From positions 1-52,142 of IMG/VR virus record IMGVR_UViG_3300042197_000494: a DNA stretch of 52,142 nt. One strand, written 5' to 3'. Made by a program: the position numbers and the translations under genes. This document shows, piece after piece, positions 35,484-45,690 of this stretch (position 1 is its first letter; each line of letters begins with the position of its first letter). The notes beneath the pieces are model-generated. The model saw only the letters and a list, made by a program, of their open reading frames with translations. It did no database searches and had not been told where the DNA came from. Source of the stretch: a virus. Lineage: Duplodnaviria > Caudoviricetes.

Positions 35484-36056
35484 TTAAGCGAATACCTGCA
35501 CCGCAAAGGCGAAGGCTTGGTCGTTGGCTGATACTCCACCCGAAGATGCAGTAGCAAAAGATAATACTCCTGAACCATCAGTTGAAAGAACTTGGTTGGC
35601 TGTTCCATCGGCAGATGGCAAAGTCCATACTAGATTTGTTGTTATTGACGCTGGTGCTTTGAATCCAACATAATTAGTTCCATTGGCGGTTGCTTCTAGG
35701 AAACGAGTTTCGGCTTGATTATCGAAAGACGCTTGAGTTCCAATAGTCGGACTTGTTAAGGTTTTGTTAGTAAGAGTGTCTGTTGTATCTGTTCCAACAA
35801 GAGTAGTGGTTGCATTGGGAAGGGTAACTGTCCTGTCGGCAGTTGGTTCACCAGCCGTTAAAGTTAATTCACTAGCGTCAGCAGTTGTGCCTTCAAAAAC
35901 AATGCTTTGATTGAAAGCAATTTCAAGACCAGTTTGCTGACCTGAGAAGGTAGCATCTGAAATCGTTGGATTTGTAAGTGTTTTATTGGTAAGAGTCTGT
36001 GTTCCTGTGAGAGTAACTGCTCCTGCTGCTGAGGAGCCATTGAGGGTTATAGCCAT
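35484..36056 (-). CDS. fibre shaft-like protein
   Basis: TLTNKTLT repeats, TLP.ADGTANQVL.TDGSG.LSF. Confidence 0.7.
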   Translation of the reverse strand: MAITLNGSSAAGAVTLTGTQTLTNKTLTNPTISDATFSGQQTGLEIAFNQSIVFEGTTADASELTLTAGEPTADRTVTLPNATTTLVGTDTTDTLTNKTLTSPTIGTQASFDNQAETRFLEATANGTNYVGFKAPASITTNLVWTLPSADGTANQVLSTDGSGVLSFATASSGGVSANDQAFAFAVQVFA

Positions 36057-36385
36057 TATGCAATCTCCGATCCGAAGGCTTGAAATACTGCATTTGTGTC
36101 TGAGGCATAAACAGTTAGCACATCTGTTGCATCTAGTGTAATTCCAAGTGTGTAAGCAGCGGTTGAGTTCGCAGCCAAACTTGTGTCATATGCCAAATAC
36201 TGTGAATTCGCCAAAGATGCTCCATTTGGTCTTATAGCAATTCTGTAAGTTATAGCCGAGGCTGAAAGGTTAGCCACAGAAATTGTTGAAACTACTGTCT
36301 CGGTTGCCGCAGGAACAGTATAAAGAGTTGTTGCAGTAGTAGCAGCAGGATTGGACTGCCCTAATACCTTGTAGGTTGTTGCCAT
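36056..36385 (-). CDS. small beta-rich virion protein
   Basis: MATTYKVLGQ..P.ATT...LYTVP...FG.EI. Confidence 0.65.
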   Translation of the reverse strand: MATTYKVLGQSNPAATTATTLYTVPAATETVVSTISVANLSASAITYRIAIRPNGASLANSQYLAYDTSLAANSTAAYTLGITLDATDVLTVYASDTNAVFQAFGSEIA

Positions 36386-36388
36386 TTA

Positions 36389-37066
36389 TTATCCTCCGAT
36401 AAGCAGTAGTGGGTTAAGTCTAGCCGATAAAGTATTCGAAGCGGTTGTTGCCGAGGCTTGTGCCGCAATTCTTGCTGCATCTGCTTGAGCAACCTCCTCT
36501 GCCATATCACTACCAGAGACTGGATATGAACCAGAGTTTAGCAGAGTATATGTAGCAAAGGCACTATTGACTTGCGTATAAGTAGCATAACTTGCGTTAA
36601 TTTCCCAGTAGTTTCCTGAACTTGGGAACTCGTTGGTTGCCTGAGTAATAAGTGCGTCTAATGCTGCTATTGAAGTTTCGAGAGCAGCGAAAGGCACCTC
36701 GGTTATTAGCCCAATATAGGTTGTGTCTATTGTTGGAAGGGGAGAAATATCAGCAAGACTCAAAGCACCAGCACTCGCAGCAGGTAAAGTTATTGTGTAG
36801 GTTCTGCCACTTGGAAAGGCTTCTTCAACTGTATAACTAAATGTTGGAATAATATCGGCGTCATCTGTTGCTGGTAAAGAGGTCGAAAAGGAACCATTTG
36901 AATCTAAAGTAACAGCAATAGTTGAAGGCACAACCATTTCATTTGCAAGTGAGTTCCTGAGCATATCTGAAAGCGTAAATTGGACTTGACCTGCTATTGC
37001 TGTTCCTAAGAAATCAACGAAGTTTCCAGTAACTGTAACTTGGGTGACCGAGGCATCAATTGGCAT
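36389..37066 (-). CDS. virion structural protein
   Basis: N-terminal domain paralogous to 37265..37807. Confidence 0.65.
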   Translation of the reverse strand: MPIDASVTQVTVTGNFVDFLGTAIAGQVQFTLSDMLRNSLANEMVVPSTIAVTLDSNGSFSTSLPATDDADIIPTFSYTVEEAFPSGRTYTITLPAASAGALSLADISPLPTIDTTYIGLITEVPFAALETSIAALDALITQATNEFPSSGNYWEINASYATYTQVNSAFATYTLLNSGSYPVSGSDMAEEVAQADAARIAAQASATTASNTLSARLNPLLLIGG

Positions 37067-37263
37067 TATGCACCACCTAACATCATTCCAAAGGTGGCTC
37101 TTTTAGCGGAATCTCTTGCACTATTTCTTGCAGTCAAAGCCGCATTTACATCTGCAACAATTAAATCAGTATCGTCATCAATAGTATCCAAAGCATTTTC
37201 AAGTTCAGTCATTAGCGCAGCAGCAGTAGTATGTCTTGCTATTGCTACATATGGTTCAGCCAT
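37066..37263 (-). CDS. small structural protein
   Basis: Coupled ORF. Confidence 0.55.
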   Translation of the reverse strand: MAEPYVAIARHTTAAALMTELENALDTIDDDTDLIVADVNAALTARNSARDSAKRATFGMMLGGA

Positions 37264-37264
37264 T

Positions 37265-37807
37265 TTACATCCCCATCAAAACAAATTGATTTAATGCTGC
37301 TTTACTTGTTTCAACATTAGCAGTTTCTGCTTGGTCTGCATAAAGTTCAATGTTATCTAAGTTTGCGCCTGTGTCCGTCATTTGGTCGTACTCTGCATCA
37401 GCAGCCGTATATCTTGCTAATAAAGTATTGTACTGCGCCTGTGTAACATAACTTGCTGCTTCTGCTGATGTGACGGCAGGAGCGAGATCAGCGATATCTT
37501 GTGGGTCAGGAGTGTCGGTTGGCAGAGTAATAAAAAAAGTTCTTCCACCACTAAATACTTCTTCAACTTCATAAGCAAATGGCTGTGGGCTTACATCAGT
37601 ATCATCAGTTATTGGCAAAACTATAGAAAACTCACCGCTAGCATTGAGAGTTGCAGTCAAAGCCTGATTTACAATAATTTGATTTTGGTCAGTATCTTTG
37701 ATAATACTTTGAGGCGTAAAGCGAACAGAACCTGAGATTGGATTTCCTTGAATATCTACATAAGTTCCAGTCAGGGTAATGGTCGTAAGGTCGGGAGTTA
37801 AAGCCAC
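37265..37807 (-). CDS. virion structural protein
   Basis: TG.YVD..G.P..G.V.FT...L...G.FS..LP.TDD.D..P..F.Y.VEE.F..GR. Confidence 0.65.
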   Translation of the reverse strand: MALTPDLTTITLTGTYVDIQGNPISGSVRFTPQSIIKDTDQNQIIVNQALTATLNASGEFSIVLPITDDTDVSPQPFAYEVEEVFSGGRTFFITLPTDTPDPQDIADLAPAVTSAEAASYVTQAQYNTLLARYTAADAEYDQMTDTGANLDNIELYADQAETANVETSKAALNQFVLMGM

Positions 37808-37829
37808 AATATCTCCTTACTTTTCTTAA

Positions 37830-38102
37830 TTAGTTTCCTGCTCGCAGAACATTAACATTTTGGGTACTAGAAGCAACTATTCCATATACGATTTCACCTT
37901 GTAAAAGATCAATAGAAATATCTGCTCCACCAGCAAGAGCCACTCCATAAGAAGAGGTAGTCACGCCATTTCCGCCAATATAAACTGTAGTGCTTGCAGA
38001 TGGATTTTGAATTAAGACTGAGTGACCATCACGATCATTTGCGGCAGTAGAGATTACAGTCTGTGTAGTTCCAACCGACACAATATTATGTGTTATTGCC
38101 AT
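37830..38102 (-). CDS. small structural protein
   Basis: VLIQN.....VYIGG..VT...YG..L. Confidence 0.6.
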   Translation of the reverse strand: MAITHNIVSVGTTQTVISTAANDRDGHSVLIQNPSASTTVYIGGNGVTTSSYGVALAGGADISIDLLQGEIVYGIVASSTQNVNVLRAGN

Positions 38103-38149
38103 AAAACTCCTTTATAGATGGGGCGACTATCTCTAATCGCCCCTCTAGT

Positions 38150-38344
38150 TTACTTGTTGACTAAGTCTTTTTGCTGCTTAGGCTTTTTGATTTCTTCTTT
38201 AATCTCAACTGCATCTTCAATAAATTCAATATATCTATTGTTCTTTAATGAATTAGCAGTTCTCCAACCACTCACATCTACCACTGTTGAAGGCAATAAT
38301 ATCTCACCATTAACAGTCATTTGCTTAAGAATTCTGGCTCTCAT
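38150..38344 (-). CDS. hypothetical protein
   Basis: Start moved to ATG 38344 (MRARILK). Confidence 0.55.
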   Translation of the reverse strand: MRARILKQMTVNGEILLPSTVVDVSGWRTANSLKNNRYIEFIEDAVEIKEEIKKPKQQKDLVNK

Positions 38345-38345
38345 C

Positions 38346-38693
38346 TTAGGCGGTTGTATCAATCCAGCAATAAGAAAATGTTGCAGATGCTTGGTCAATT
38401 GCACCTGCTGTTGGATTGTAGAGATAGATTGTTACTGTATCTGCTGCTGTTACGGCTGCTCCAGCAAAGATTAAATCATCATTTAAGCCTGATGGTGGAT
38501 TTACGATGATGATGTCTGTTGTGGCAGCACCAGTCAAAGTAAATGTAGTTCCACCACGAGTTGTGGCTGCGATTGAAGCAGGATCAATGGCTACTGTACC
38601 GAATTCAATACTGTAAACAGTACTGCCATCGCTACCAATTTGTAATGCGCCAACTGATGCTTCGCCTCTTGTAAGTCTATTTACTTGTGGCAT
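38346..38693 (-). CDS. capsid decoration-like protein
   Basis: Directly after MCP; IDP.SIAA...TFT.TGA...D...V.AA.TVT...YN. Confidence 0.6.
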   Translation of the reverse strand: MPQVNRLTRGEASVGALQIGSDGSTVYSIEFGTVAIDPASIAATTRGGTTFTLTGAATTDIIIVNPPSGLNDDLIFAGAAVTAADTVTIYLYNPTAGAIDQASATFSYCWIDTTA

Positions 38694-38713
38694 ATTTTTC
38701 CTTTTCTAATAAA

Positions 38714-38743
38714 GAAAGGAGAGCCAATAAAGACTCTCCTTTC
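38714..38743 (-). terminator. intrinsic terminator after major capsid gene
   Basis: GAAAGGAGAG/CUCUCCUUUC 10-bp stem followed by UUUAUU. Confidence 0.7.
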
Positions 38744-38756
38744 ATTTGTTACTGAA

Positions 38757-39734
38757 TTAAGCGACTATTGTATTCCAGAAATAACCAAGGTCAGAGCCAA
38801 TAACTTTATTGTCGAAAGCCATTTCAGCCTCAACACGCTCTGCCTTTAGTGACTCCATACGGAATGAACTTACACCAATTGTTGAACCAATACCGCCTGA
38901 TACACCAGTCCATGAGAAGGTATAACCTGCTGATGGAGTTAGTAATCCCGGACTTGGTGCTACATAATAAAGTGCTGCTGCTTTACCGTAAGCAAATCCA
39001 TATGCTTCGGCTGCACCTTCATTATTGGTTGCTTTTACTGCACGAGCAACAAGAACACGATCTAAGTCAAACATACGAGCAAGCATATCCTCTGTAATTG
39101 TTTGGCTTGATGTGTACTTAATGCGGTCAACTAAATCTGGGTGATTCTTTAATTGACGGAATACTTCATAACCTAATACGAGAGTATTTGGAGCCATACC
39201 TGTGTTACCTAGGATTTCGCTCTTTGCCTCTTCGATATCATCGATTGGGTCTGAAGATGTGTAATCTGACCATTGCTTTGTCTCACCTGCAGATGGGGCA
39301 CCTGCAACGCCTGTTACATCATCAGCCCATACTCCAGTTGTGAAGAAGTCAGATACGAATTGTAATTCTTTACGAAGAAGCATACGGTTTGTAACGAACT
39401 CTGTTGCCTCACGAAGAGGATTCAAAGGTGCGTCTGCGTTAGCAACTGTTTGATCGCCTACATCTTTATGGAAGGCAAATACATCTGCTGCGTATGTTCC
39501 TGTGGTTAGGTTGTAACCTGAACCTGCGGACTCTGTTCCATCTGCTCGGCGTTGTGCCTCGTCACGGAACCAGTCGTTCTTGGTATAAACAAAATACTTA
39601 TCGCTCTTCTTATCAACAGGTACTACTGGGAATACCTTGTCTGCGATGAAGTTATCTGCTTTTTGCATGTATGCAACTGAGATATTAGTCAGAATTGCAT
39701 CAACATGTACGGAGTTAATATTTGGTTGTGGCAT
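38757..39734 (-). CDS. major capsid protein
   Basis: HVD..LTNISVAY......IAD.VFP.VPV.K.SD.Y, W.D...SDPI.DI. Confidence 0.92.
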   Translation of the reverse strand: MPQPNINSVHVDAILTNISVAYMQKADNFIADKVFPVVPVDKKSDKYFVYTKNDWFRDEAQRRADGTESAGSGYNLTTGTYAADVFAFHKDVGDQTVANADAPLNPLREATEFVTNRMLLRKELQFVSDFFTTGVWADDVTGVAGAPSAGETKQWSDYTSSDPIDDIEEAKSEILGNTGMAPNTLVLGYEVFRQLKNHPDLVDRIKYTSSQTITEDMLARMFDLDRVLVARAVKATNNEGAAEAYGFAYGKAAALYYVAPSPGLLTPSAGYTFSWTGVSGGIGSTIGVSSFRMESLKAERVEAEMAFDNKVIGSDLGYFWNTIVA

Positions 39735-39749
39735 GTTTGTTTACGCTCC

Positions 39750-40145
39750 TTATGCGGCTCTGCCCGGATTAGCACAATTGATGACTGCTGTTACGATGTC
39801 ACCAGATGCTCCAGACTCGGTTAGTAGGGTTCCAACTACATACTTAGTTGTATCAGTGCCAGCAACCAAAGCAACTGCCTTGCCTGTTGAACTTGTTCCA
39901 ACTAATGCGCCTTCACCAATTGCTGCTCCAGCAACAATCTTTGTTCCTCCAACAACTAGCACTTCTGCTTCTTGTCCTGAGGTTGGAGCGTTCTGTAGTA
40001 CGCCAATTGGAATATCGGTGGCTGCTGCTGCTGCGGCTGCCTTACCTGCTGAATCCAATTTAACGAAGGTATATTGCAGTGCTGATAAATCGGCAGCAGC
40101 AACAAGTGTAATCTTTACACTGTAATTACTAATTTCATATGCCAT
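39750..40145 (-). CDS. capsid cement/decoration protein (DUF2190-like)
   Basis: AAADLS..QY.FVK...IGVLQN.P..G..A.V. Confidence 0.8.
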   Translation of the reverse strand: MAYEISNYSVKITLVAAADLSALQYTFVKLDSAGKAAAAAAATDIPIGVLQNAPTSGQEAEVLVVGGTKIVAGAAIGEGALVGTSSTGKAVALVAGTDTTKYVVGTLLTESGASGDIVTAVINCANPGRAA

Positions 40146-40148
40146 GGT

Positions 40149-41036
40149 TTAGGCACCTCTCTCGGATAGATATTGATTGTACAAATCTGGATTAGAAAGA
40201 ACAGCCTCTGAAAATGCTTGTTCAAAAGTAACCTTCTTTGTTTCTGTGGCTGACTTAGCCAAAGATGTAAGTTGGTCATAAGCATTGCCTGTTGCTGGAT
40301 TTGCTGACTTACCAATTTCTGCAAAGATATTTGCTGACTCTGCTTGTGCATTTACTGAAGAAAGTGCTTCTTCAACAGACTTTGCAAGGTCGGCATCTAC
40401 TTCTGCTAATTGACGAAGTGCTGGTCCAACTTTTTCAGCATCAAGACCTAGGAATTTCCAAGCCTTTGCCTTCTCAACTGCCTCTTCATTTGCACGAGCA
40501 ACTCTTTCTGATTTTAGAACTTCTTCAATTTCTGCTACACGAGTTTGTGCTTCTTTCGCAGATTTCTCCATTGATTCTAACATTGCACGAATTGGCTCTG
40601 GTGCTTCCTTGATTAGTGAGGTTATGTCTTCTTTCTTCATATCCTCATCTGGTTGTTTCATTTTTGCCAACTTTTTATTGGCTTTATCTAACTCGTCTTC
40701 AAGTTCAGCAATCTTTTTCTTCATATCGTCATAAGACATTTTTTTCTTGTCTTCTTCCATATGCATGCCCTTTTCTTTATCTTCTTCGGGCATATGTTTT
40801 GCTTTGTCGATGACATCTTGTGTTGCATCTTGTGCCATGGGTTCCTCCTCAGTCCCTTTCTGGTACAGACTTGCATCTGATTGGTTTTCTTGTATTGCTA
40901 GGTCTGAAAGAAGGTCGTCCATGCCAGTCAAATTATCTGACTTGATGACTAACCAACCTTCGTGAAGATGAGCAGGATGGTCAACGCCTGATGCTTCCTC
41001 TATGTTAAGAGCAACCATCTTACGGGCTTTGGACAT
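40149..41036 (-). CDS. capsid scaffolding protein
   Basis: I.E.SGVDHPAH..EGW.V.KS N-terminus, charged coiled coil, NPDLY..Y end, upstream of capsid genes. Confidence 0.75.
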   Translation of the reverse strand: MSKARKMVALNIEEASGVDHPAHLHEGWLVIKSDNLTGMDDLLSDLAIQENQSDASLYQKGTEEEPMAQDATQDVIDKAKHMPEEDKEKGMHMEEDKKKMSYDDMKKKIAELEDELDKANKKLAKMKQPDEDMKKEDITSLIKEAPEPIRAMLESMEKSAKEAQTRVAEIEEVLKSERVARANEEAVEKAKAWKFLGLDAEKVGPALRQLAEVDADLAKSVEEALSSVNAQAESANIFAEIGKSANPATGNAYDQLTSLAKSATETKKVTFEQAFSEAVLSNPDLYNQYLSERGA

Positions 41037-41120
41037 TCATACTCCTATTCATCATAGATAGTTCAAAATCGTGCCTCTATCTAACTTCAAAGGATAACAT
41101 ACACGATGGGTTTATTTTAT

Positions 41121-41300
41121 CTACTGTTGGGGTTTATTTGGTGCGGTAGCCATATTACGCAAAGCCGTGTTTAGATTGTTAAACTTTATCTGCTCAGAAA
41201 CATAGCAGTCGGTGCAAATAATCAAGTTCCCAAACTGCTGTCCGCCAAATTTGGGGTTGAAAAATCGATCACATTTAGGGCAGTTTTTAGCCTTGCTCAT
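41121..41300 (-). CDS. small zinc-finger protein
   Basis: Start ATG 41300; CPKC...CTDC. Confidence 0.55.
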   Translation of the reverse strand: MSKAKNCPKCDRFFNPKFGGQQFGNLIICTDCYVSEQIKFNNLNTALRNMATAPNKPQQ

Positions 41301-41707
41301 TACTTGATTGGTCCTCCGACTACCCATGCCCGACAGGTTCTTTTGGCTGCACACTTGAAATCAAAAGCCTCGCAGTAGCCTAATTGTCCTGCTGCATCTA
41401 TTGAGTCAAACTCATCTTTCCTATCGCTTCCAGTTAATCCAGAGGCAATACAATCCTTCATCTCTGGCGTAACATTAAATACCGCACAGTTTCCACATCT
41501 TTGTTTTTTAGCGACCTCGGCTGTTACTTCCCATTCTTTTGCTATCTTTTCCCAATACTCTTCATTGGGTTCGGCTGGGTTGAGTGGTCCATACATGGCG
41601 GTATCGATAGCATTTTTGCGATTTTTCAAATTAAGTTTTATATCTTTTGTTGGCAGGGGGCAATCACCCTCTGCTTTATTGACTGTGAACTTATGTGGTT
41701 GAAGCAT
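41300..41707 (-). CDS. Cys-rich head-module protein (HiPIP-like Cys spacing)
   Basis: QRCGNCAVF...GYCEAFDFKCAAKRTCRAW. Confidence 0.65.
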   Translation of the reverse strand: MLQPHKFTVNKAEGDCPLPTKDIKLNLKNRKNAIDTAMYGPLNPAEPNEEYWEKIAKEWEVTAEVAKKQRCGNCAVFNVTPEMKDCIASGLTGSDRKDEFDSIDAAGQLGYCEAFDFKCAAKRTCRAWVVGGPIK

Positions 41708-41713
41708 TATTTA

Positions 41714-42142
41714 TTAACCTCCAGTTGGTCCAGATAAAACAGTATGTAGTGCGCCCATTTCTAAAGATAAATCTTCAAGTCTTATAGATGCTGGAGTGTT
41801 TGTGCGACTTAACTTGCGAGCAGCATTATCTATTGCTAACTTCAAACTCATTATTGATGATGCCGCAGACTTTGGTGTGTTTGCTTTACCAGCACTCCAA
41901 ATATGTGTTTTGGCTCTTGCTAAATCATTTGCTGCTGCCATATTTGATGTTCTCTTGAATTCATCTTGTATTTTACGGCTAACAGAATTTAATTTCTGTG
42001 GAAGTGCTTCCAATGCTGCTTGTCCACCACCACCATGTTCGGGGTGTGTTCGACCTCCACCATGTGTCTTTTGGTCGTGAGTGCCGTGTTTAACTACTCC
42101 GCCCATTATCTTCCAATACCTCTCTACTAAATTAGGCTTCAA
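41714..42142 (-). CDS. head-module protein with KHGTHDQKTH tag
   Basis: Motif read directly. Confidence 0.7.
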   Translation of the reverse strand: MKPNLVERYWKIMGGVVKHGTHDQKTHGGGRTHPEHGGGGQAALEALPQKLNSVSRKIQDEFKRTSNMAAANDLARAKTHIWSAGKANTPKSAASSIMSLKLAIDNAARKLSRTNTPASIRLEDLSLEMGALHTVLSGPTGG

Positions 42143-43039
42143 CTAAATATCCCACTCACCATCTAAGCCTAGTTCCCTCATCTCATCTTGTGGCAAACCT
42201 TCAAGTGCTCCTTGTTGAATCCAACCGACTTTTGTTCTTCTGCTTGATATTTGAATTTTATTTAATTTACCTAAAGAGATATCATATTTATTATATCCAG
42301 TTTGTAATTTATTTAGTTTTGCTTGCCCTGTGAGAGATTTAGCATCATTCCAATCTTTTTTCGCTGAGTTTAACCCATTCATTACGGTATCTAAACTTCT
42401 TATTTCTTTCATTGAATCGGCTTCGCCCTGAACTTCTTTTAAGTCTGACAATATAGAATCAACATTATCGTTCAATTTAGGTATTGTTTCGTCTGCTAAT
42501 TTATCTGAATATTCAACAGTATTTGCTGTGTTTGGTTTTGGTTTAGATCCCCCACTACTTGAACCACCACCACCTCTGCCACCTCTGCGACCATGTGATG
42601 CTTGGTTGTGGGAGCCGTGTTTTTCTATATTAATATCAATGCTTTTTTCTAAAGAAATAACAGTCAAATCTGCTCCGTTAATATAGCCTTCTTCTCCATC
42701 ATCTGTTTTTACTCCATGAAATTTACCTGAAGGTGCTGATTGCACTACCCTTCCTTTTTTCCCATCAAGCGCACTACCTCCGCTAATCTTAACTCTCACA
42801 CCTTCAGCATTTTTTATATTATCTAAAGTATCGCCACGCTTCAAACCTTTTTTTGACCCACTATTACCGAAATTTAATCTTGCTAATTCACGCAAATCAG
42901 CACTGGAAAGTCCGCTAGCCCCACTGTTTCCACCACTACCTTTTCTGCCATGAGAAGCCTGATTGTGTGAGCCATGTTTCTCTATTGTTTCTCTGTGAAG
43001 CAATATTGTAGTTTCAGGTAAAGACTTTCTAACAAACAT
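42143..43039 (-). CDS. head-module protein with two KHGSHNQASH tags
   Basis: Motif occurs twice; KOW/SH3-like segment between. Confidence 0.7.
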   Translation of the reverse strand: MFVRKSLPETTILLHRETIEKHGSHNQASHGRKGSGGNSGASGLSSADLRELARLNFGNSGSKKGLKRGDTLDNIKNAEGVRVKISGGSALDGKKGRVVQSAPSGKFHGVKTDDGEEGYINGADLTVISLEKSIDINIEKHGSHNQASHGRRGGRGGGGSSSGGSKPKPNTANTVEYSDKLADETIPKLNDNVDSILSDLKEVQGEADSMKEIRSLDTVMNGLNSAKKDWNDAKSLTGQAKLNKLQTGYNKYDISLGKLNKIQISSRRTKVGWIQQGALEGLPQDEMRELGLDGEWDI

Positions 43040-45534
43040 TATTTATCTCCCTTAGATGAAAGAGGGTGCTCTTTAGGTAGTAGGTCTGTATCATACGCCC
43101 CTCGCTTGAATCTTCCATTACGCAACGCATGAAGGAAGCCATTAACTCTACCCATAGCCCATTGTTCTTTGCCTGTTACATTTGGGCGAACAGATGAAGG
43201 ATTGGTTCTATATGCCCCTACACCTCTTCGGTAAACTTGCATCAATGTTCCAGCAGTAGTTCTTTTACCTTTAGCGTCACCTACGGCATCATTATGCTCT
43301 TTGGCTTTATCTTGTAATTTACTTTCAGTTGATTTCTCAACATCTTTATCTGTAGTTCTCAAAGAACTAAAAGGTTTCAGAACTCTTCGGTCGGTCTCTT
43401 CATATCCGTCATCTGTTTCAGCCCATACTCTTAATACCGCAATAGGGTCGTCTTCTGATGCTATCTCTTCTTCTTGAGTTCCTCTAAGTTTAATTGTGCC
43501 ACTAGTTTCTATTCTTTCTACTTGGGCAGTTGCGTATGTAGTTCCTTCTGGTTTAGTAACAGAATATAGAACTATATCTCCGACCTCTATATCTTTTGCT
43601 TTTTTAACTTTCCTCTTAGGTGGTTTCATTATTGTATCTACATGAACCGCATTAACTCCGGGATCACTCTTTTCTGCATCATCTGGTATTTCTGCACCTA
43701 ATCTTTTTGCTTTACCACCAATAGAATATCCACGAAGTTTGCCCGACTTCACTAACTCCCAAGCCCAGTCTTTCCACAACACTCCCATAAATACTGTGTT
43801 GGCTGGATAGGTAAACTCTGTCTTATCGCCATTAGATTTAGTCACTGGTATCTTTAATTCATAAGGGAAGGTCATCATCTCTACCCACTCACCTGCTACT
43901 ACATCTCGATTATGTTGAAGTCTGATATCTCTATCTCCTGAACGGACATACTCCCATACGGCTTTCTGTAACTCTTCTTCGTCTGTCCACTCACTATGGG
44001 CATCTAGTTTATTTGGAATATAAAGTGGACCAAGCGTAAACTTCTTGTCATCTGCTTTGATAAATGGCTCTTCATACCAAAGAGATTTGGCTGTTGAATC
44101 AAGAGACCTTCTGCCAATTCCTTTTTCGTCTGACCATTTCGTTGCCGCAGATAATGCTTCTTTTGCTGGTAAATCAATACGATAAACAGGTAATCTAGCC
44201 TTTGGGTCATCAAATCCTAAAGCAACAGCAGCAGCCCAAGTATGATGTCCGTCAATTACATAACCATCTGAAGAAACTAAAATGCGTTGTTCGTCGGGAA
44301 CTACTCCGCCACTTGCTTTGTATTTTTCATAAATAGCACCAGAGCGAGAACCTGATACTTCTTTCTGCACTGGCTTAAGAATCTTGGGGTCAATTGAATC
44401 TTTCGTAGTCTTTGTTCCACTTTTTGCTAAATCTGACAAGAACTCATCTCTGCGTTCTGAAGGAACTTGTGGCATATCTTTTCTAGCAATACCTAAACCT
44501 TCACCACCAAATAGCATTGAACCTTCAACCTTGAGTTCTGTAATATCGGGGTGGTCTTCTAATTTAGCAAGACCGCTGAATAATGGACCTACATCTTTTT
44601 CGCCAACTGTTGGGCTACCACCAGCATTTATTTCATCTGCGATACTGCGGGCAAACTTACCGCTATGTGATTTCTGGTCATGTTTTCCTTGAAGATGTTT
44701 CTCAAGAGATTTATCAACTCCGCGTAAAATGCCTCTGACCCAACTAAATCCAGAGTCGCCACCCCAAGCGTCCCATGCTACTCTGCCACCACTGGGATAA
44801 TTCTTCTCACCTCGGTTAAAACCTTCTGCCTTCTTATCCACTTCATGTCTAGAAAAAAAAGAGTTCATGCGTTTTATGGTTCTTAAACTAACAGGTCTTC
44901 TACCTGCTAACTGTGCTGCTCTTGCTCTACCTACATCTGTAAAACCACCGCCAGCCTTACCTTCTCGTATCCACTCTAATGCTCTTTTAGCATCTCTTGA
45001 TACCGAAACTGGTGGAGTAAATGTATCTGTATCTGCTGCTTTATCTAACTTTTCCTTACTTGGATTAACAAGTATTTCTAATCCATCTCCCCATAGACCA
45101 AATGCAATTTTGAAATAATCTATCTCTCCGTCTTCCCATTTACCGATGATATCTTCAACCAACTCTTCTTCTCCGCTAAATAACTCTTCTAATTCAACAC
45201 CATCTAGATTAAGTTCCGGGTCTATGATAACTTCTTTTTCAAACAGTTCCCCTTGGCTTAGGTCATATCCTCTTTTTGCTAATTCTGTAGTTATGTAATG
45301 GTGTGTGGCTAAACTCGTAGCATTGATCTCTGATTTACTTATCTTGTTTTGTAGGTTCAATAATGATTCAGTAGTTGCTTTCTGTATAGCGTCTGGAACA
45401 TTGGCGTATAAAGCCCTTACATGTTTTGCCGCATCTTGCTTTGTGGCATGGCAAGCGACCATTTCGCCTGTGTCTGGTTTAATTACGGCAAACCCAGAGC
45501 AACCTTCTACATCACTCGCTACTTTATACGGCAT
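43039..45534 (-). CDS. multidomain XkdF-type prohead protease polyprotein (with ParB-like domain)
   Basis: DAH.EW...EELQKAVW.Y...QH...LVKSGKLRGYSIGG (XkdF); DGYVIDGHH.WAA (ParB-like); KHLQGKHDQKSH tag. Confidence 0.8.
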   Translation of the reverse strand: MPYKVASDVEGCSGFAVIKPDTGEMVACHATKQDAAKHVRALYANVPDAIQKATTESLLNLQNKISKSEINATSLATHHYITTELAKRGYDLSQGELFEKEVIIDPELNLDGVELEELFSGEEELVEDIIGKWEDGEIDYFKIAFGLWGDGLEILVNPSKEKLDKAADTDTFTPPVSVSRDAKRALEWIREGKAGGGFTDVGRARAAQLAGRRPVSLRTIKRMNSFFSRHEVDKKAEGFNRGEKNYPSGGRVAWDAWGGDSGFSWVRGILRGVDKSLEKHLQGKHDQKSHSGKFARSIADEINAGGSPTVGEKDVGPLFSGLAKLEDHPDITELKVEGSMLFGGEGLGIARKDMPQVPSERRDEFLSDLAKSGTKTTKDSIDPKILKPVQKEVSGSRSGAIYEKYKASGGVVPDEQRILVSSDGYVIDGHHTWAAAVALGFDDPKARLPVYRIDLPAKEALSAATKWSDEKGIGRRSLDSTAKSLWYEEPFIKADDKKFTLGPLYIPNKLDAHSEWTDEEELQKAVWEYVRSGDRDIRLQHNRDVVAGEWVEMMTFPYELKIPVTKSNGDKTEFTYPANTVFMGVLWKDWAWELVKSGKLRGYSIGGKAKRLGAEIPDDAEKSDPGVNAVHVDTIMKPPKRKVKKAKDIEVGDIVLYSVTKPEGTTYATAQVERIETSGTIKLRGTQEEEIASEDDPIAVLRVWAETDDGYEETDRRVLKPFSSLRTTDKDVEKSTESKLQDKAKEHNDAVGDAKGKRTTAGTLMQVYRRGVGAYRTNPSSVRPNVTGKEQWAMGRVNGFLHALRNGRFKRGAYDTDLLPKEHPLSSKGDK

Positions 45535-45543
45535 GGCTTTATT

Positions 45544-45690
45544 CTATCGACTTTCATCTTGGGCTTCGGGTTCAACGCCAGTGAAGTCCTTTATTTCTTC
45601 TGCTTTACGGATTTTAGACTCACCTATTCTGCGAACAAGAAGGCGAGCACCTTCGGTCATTGATCCCGCAAATCTTTCGGCTTTACTCAT
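45544..45690 (-). CDS. small hypothetical protein (48 aa)
   Basis: Manual ORF MSKAERFAGS...QDESR overlapping ART stop. Confidence 0.5.
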   Translation of the reverse strand: MSKAERFAGSMTEGARLLVRRIGESKIRKAEEIKDFTGVEPEAQDESR

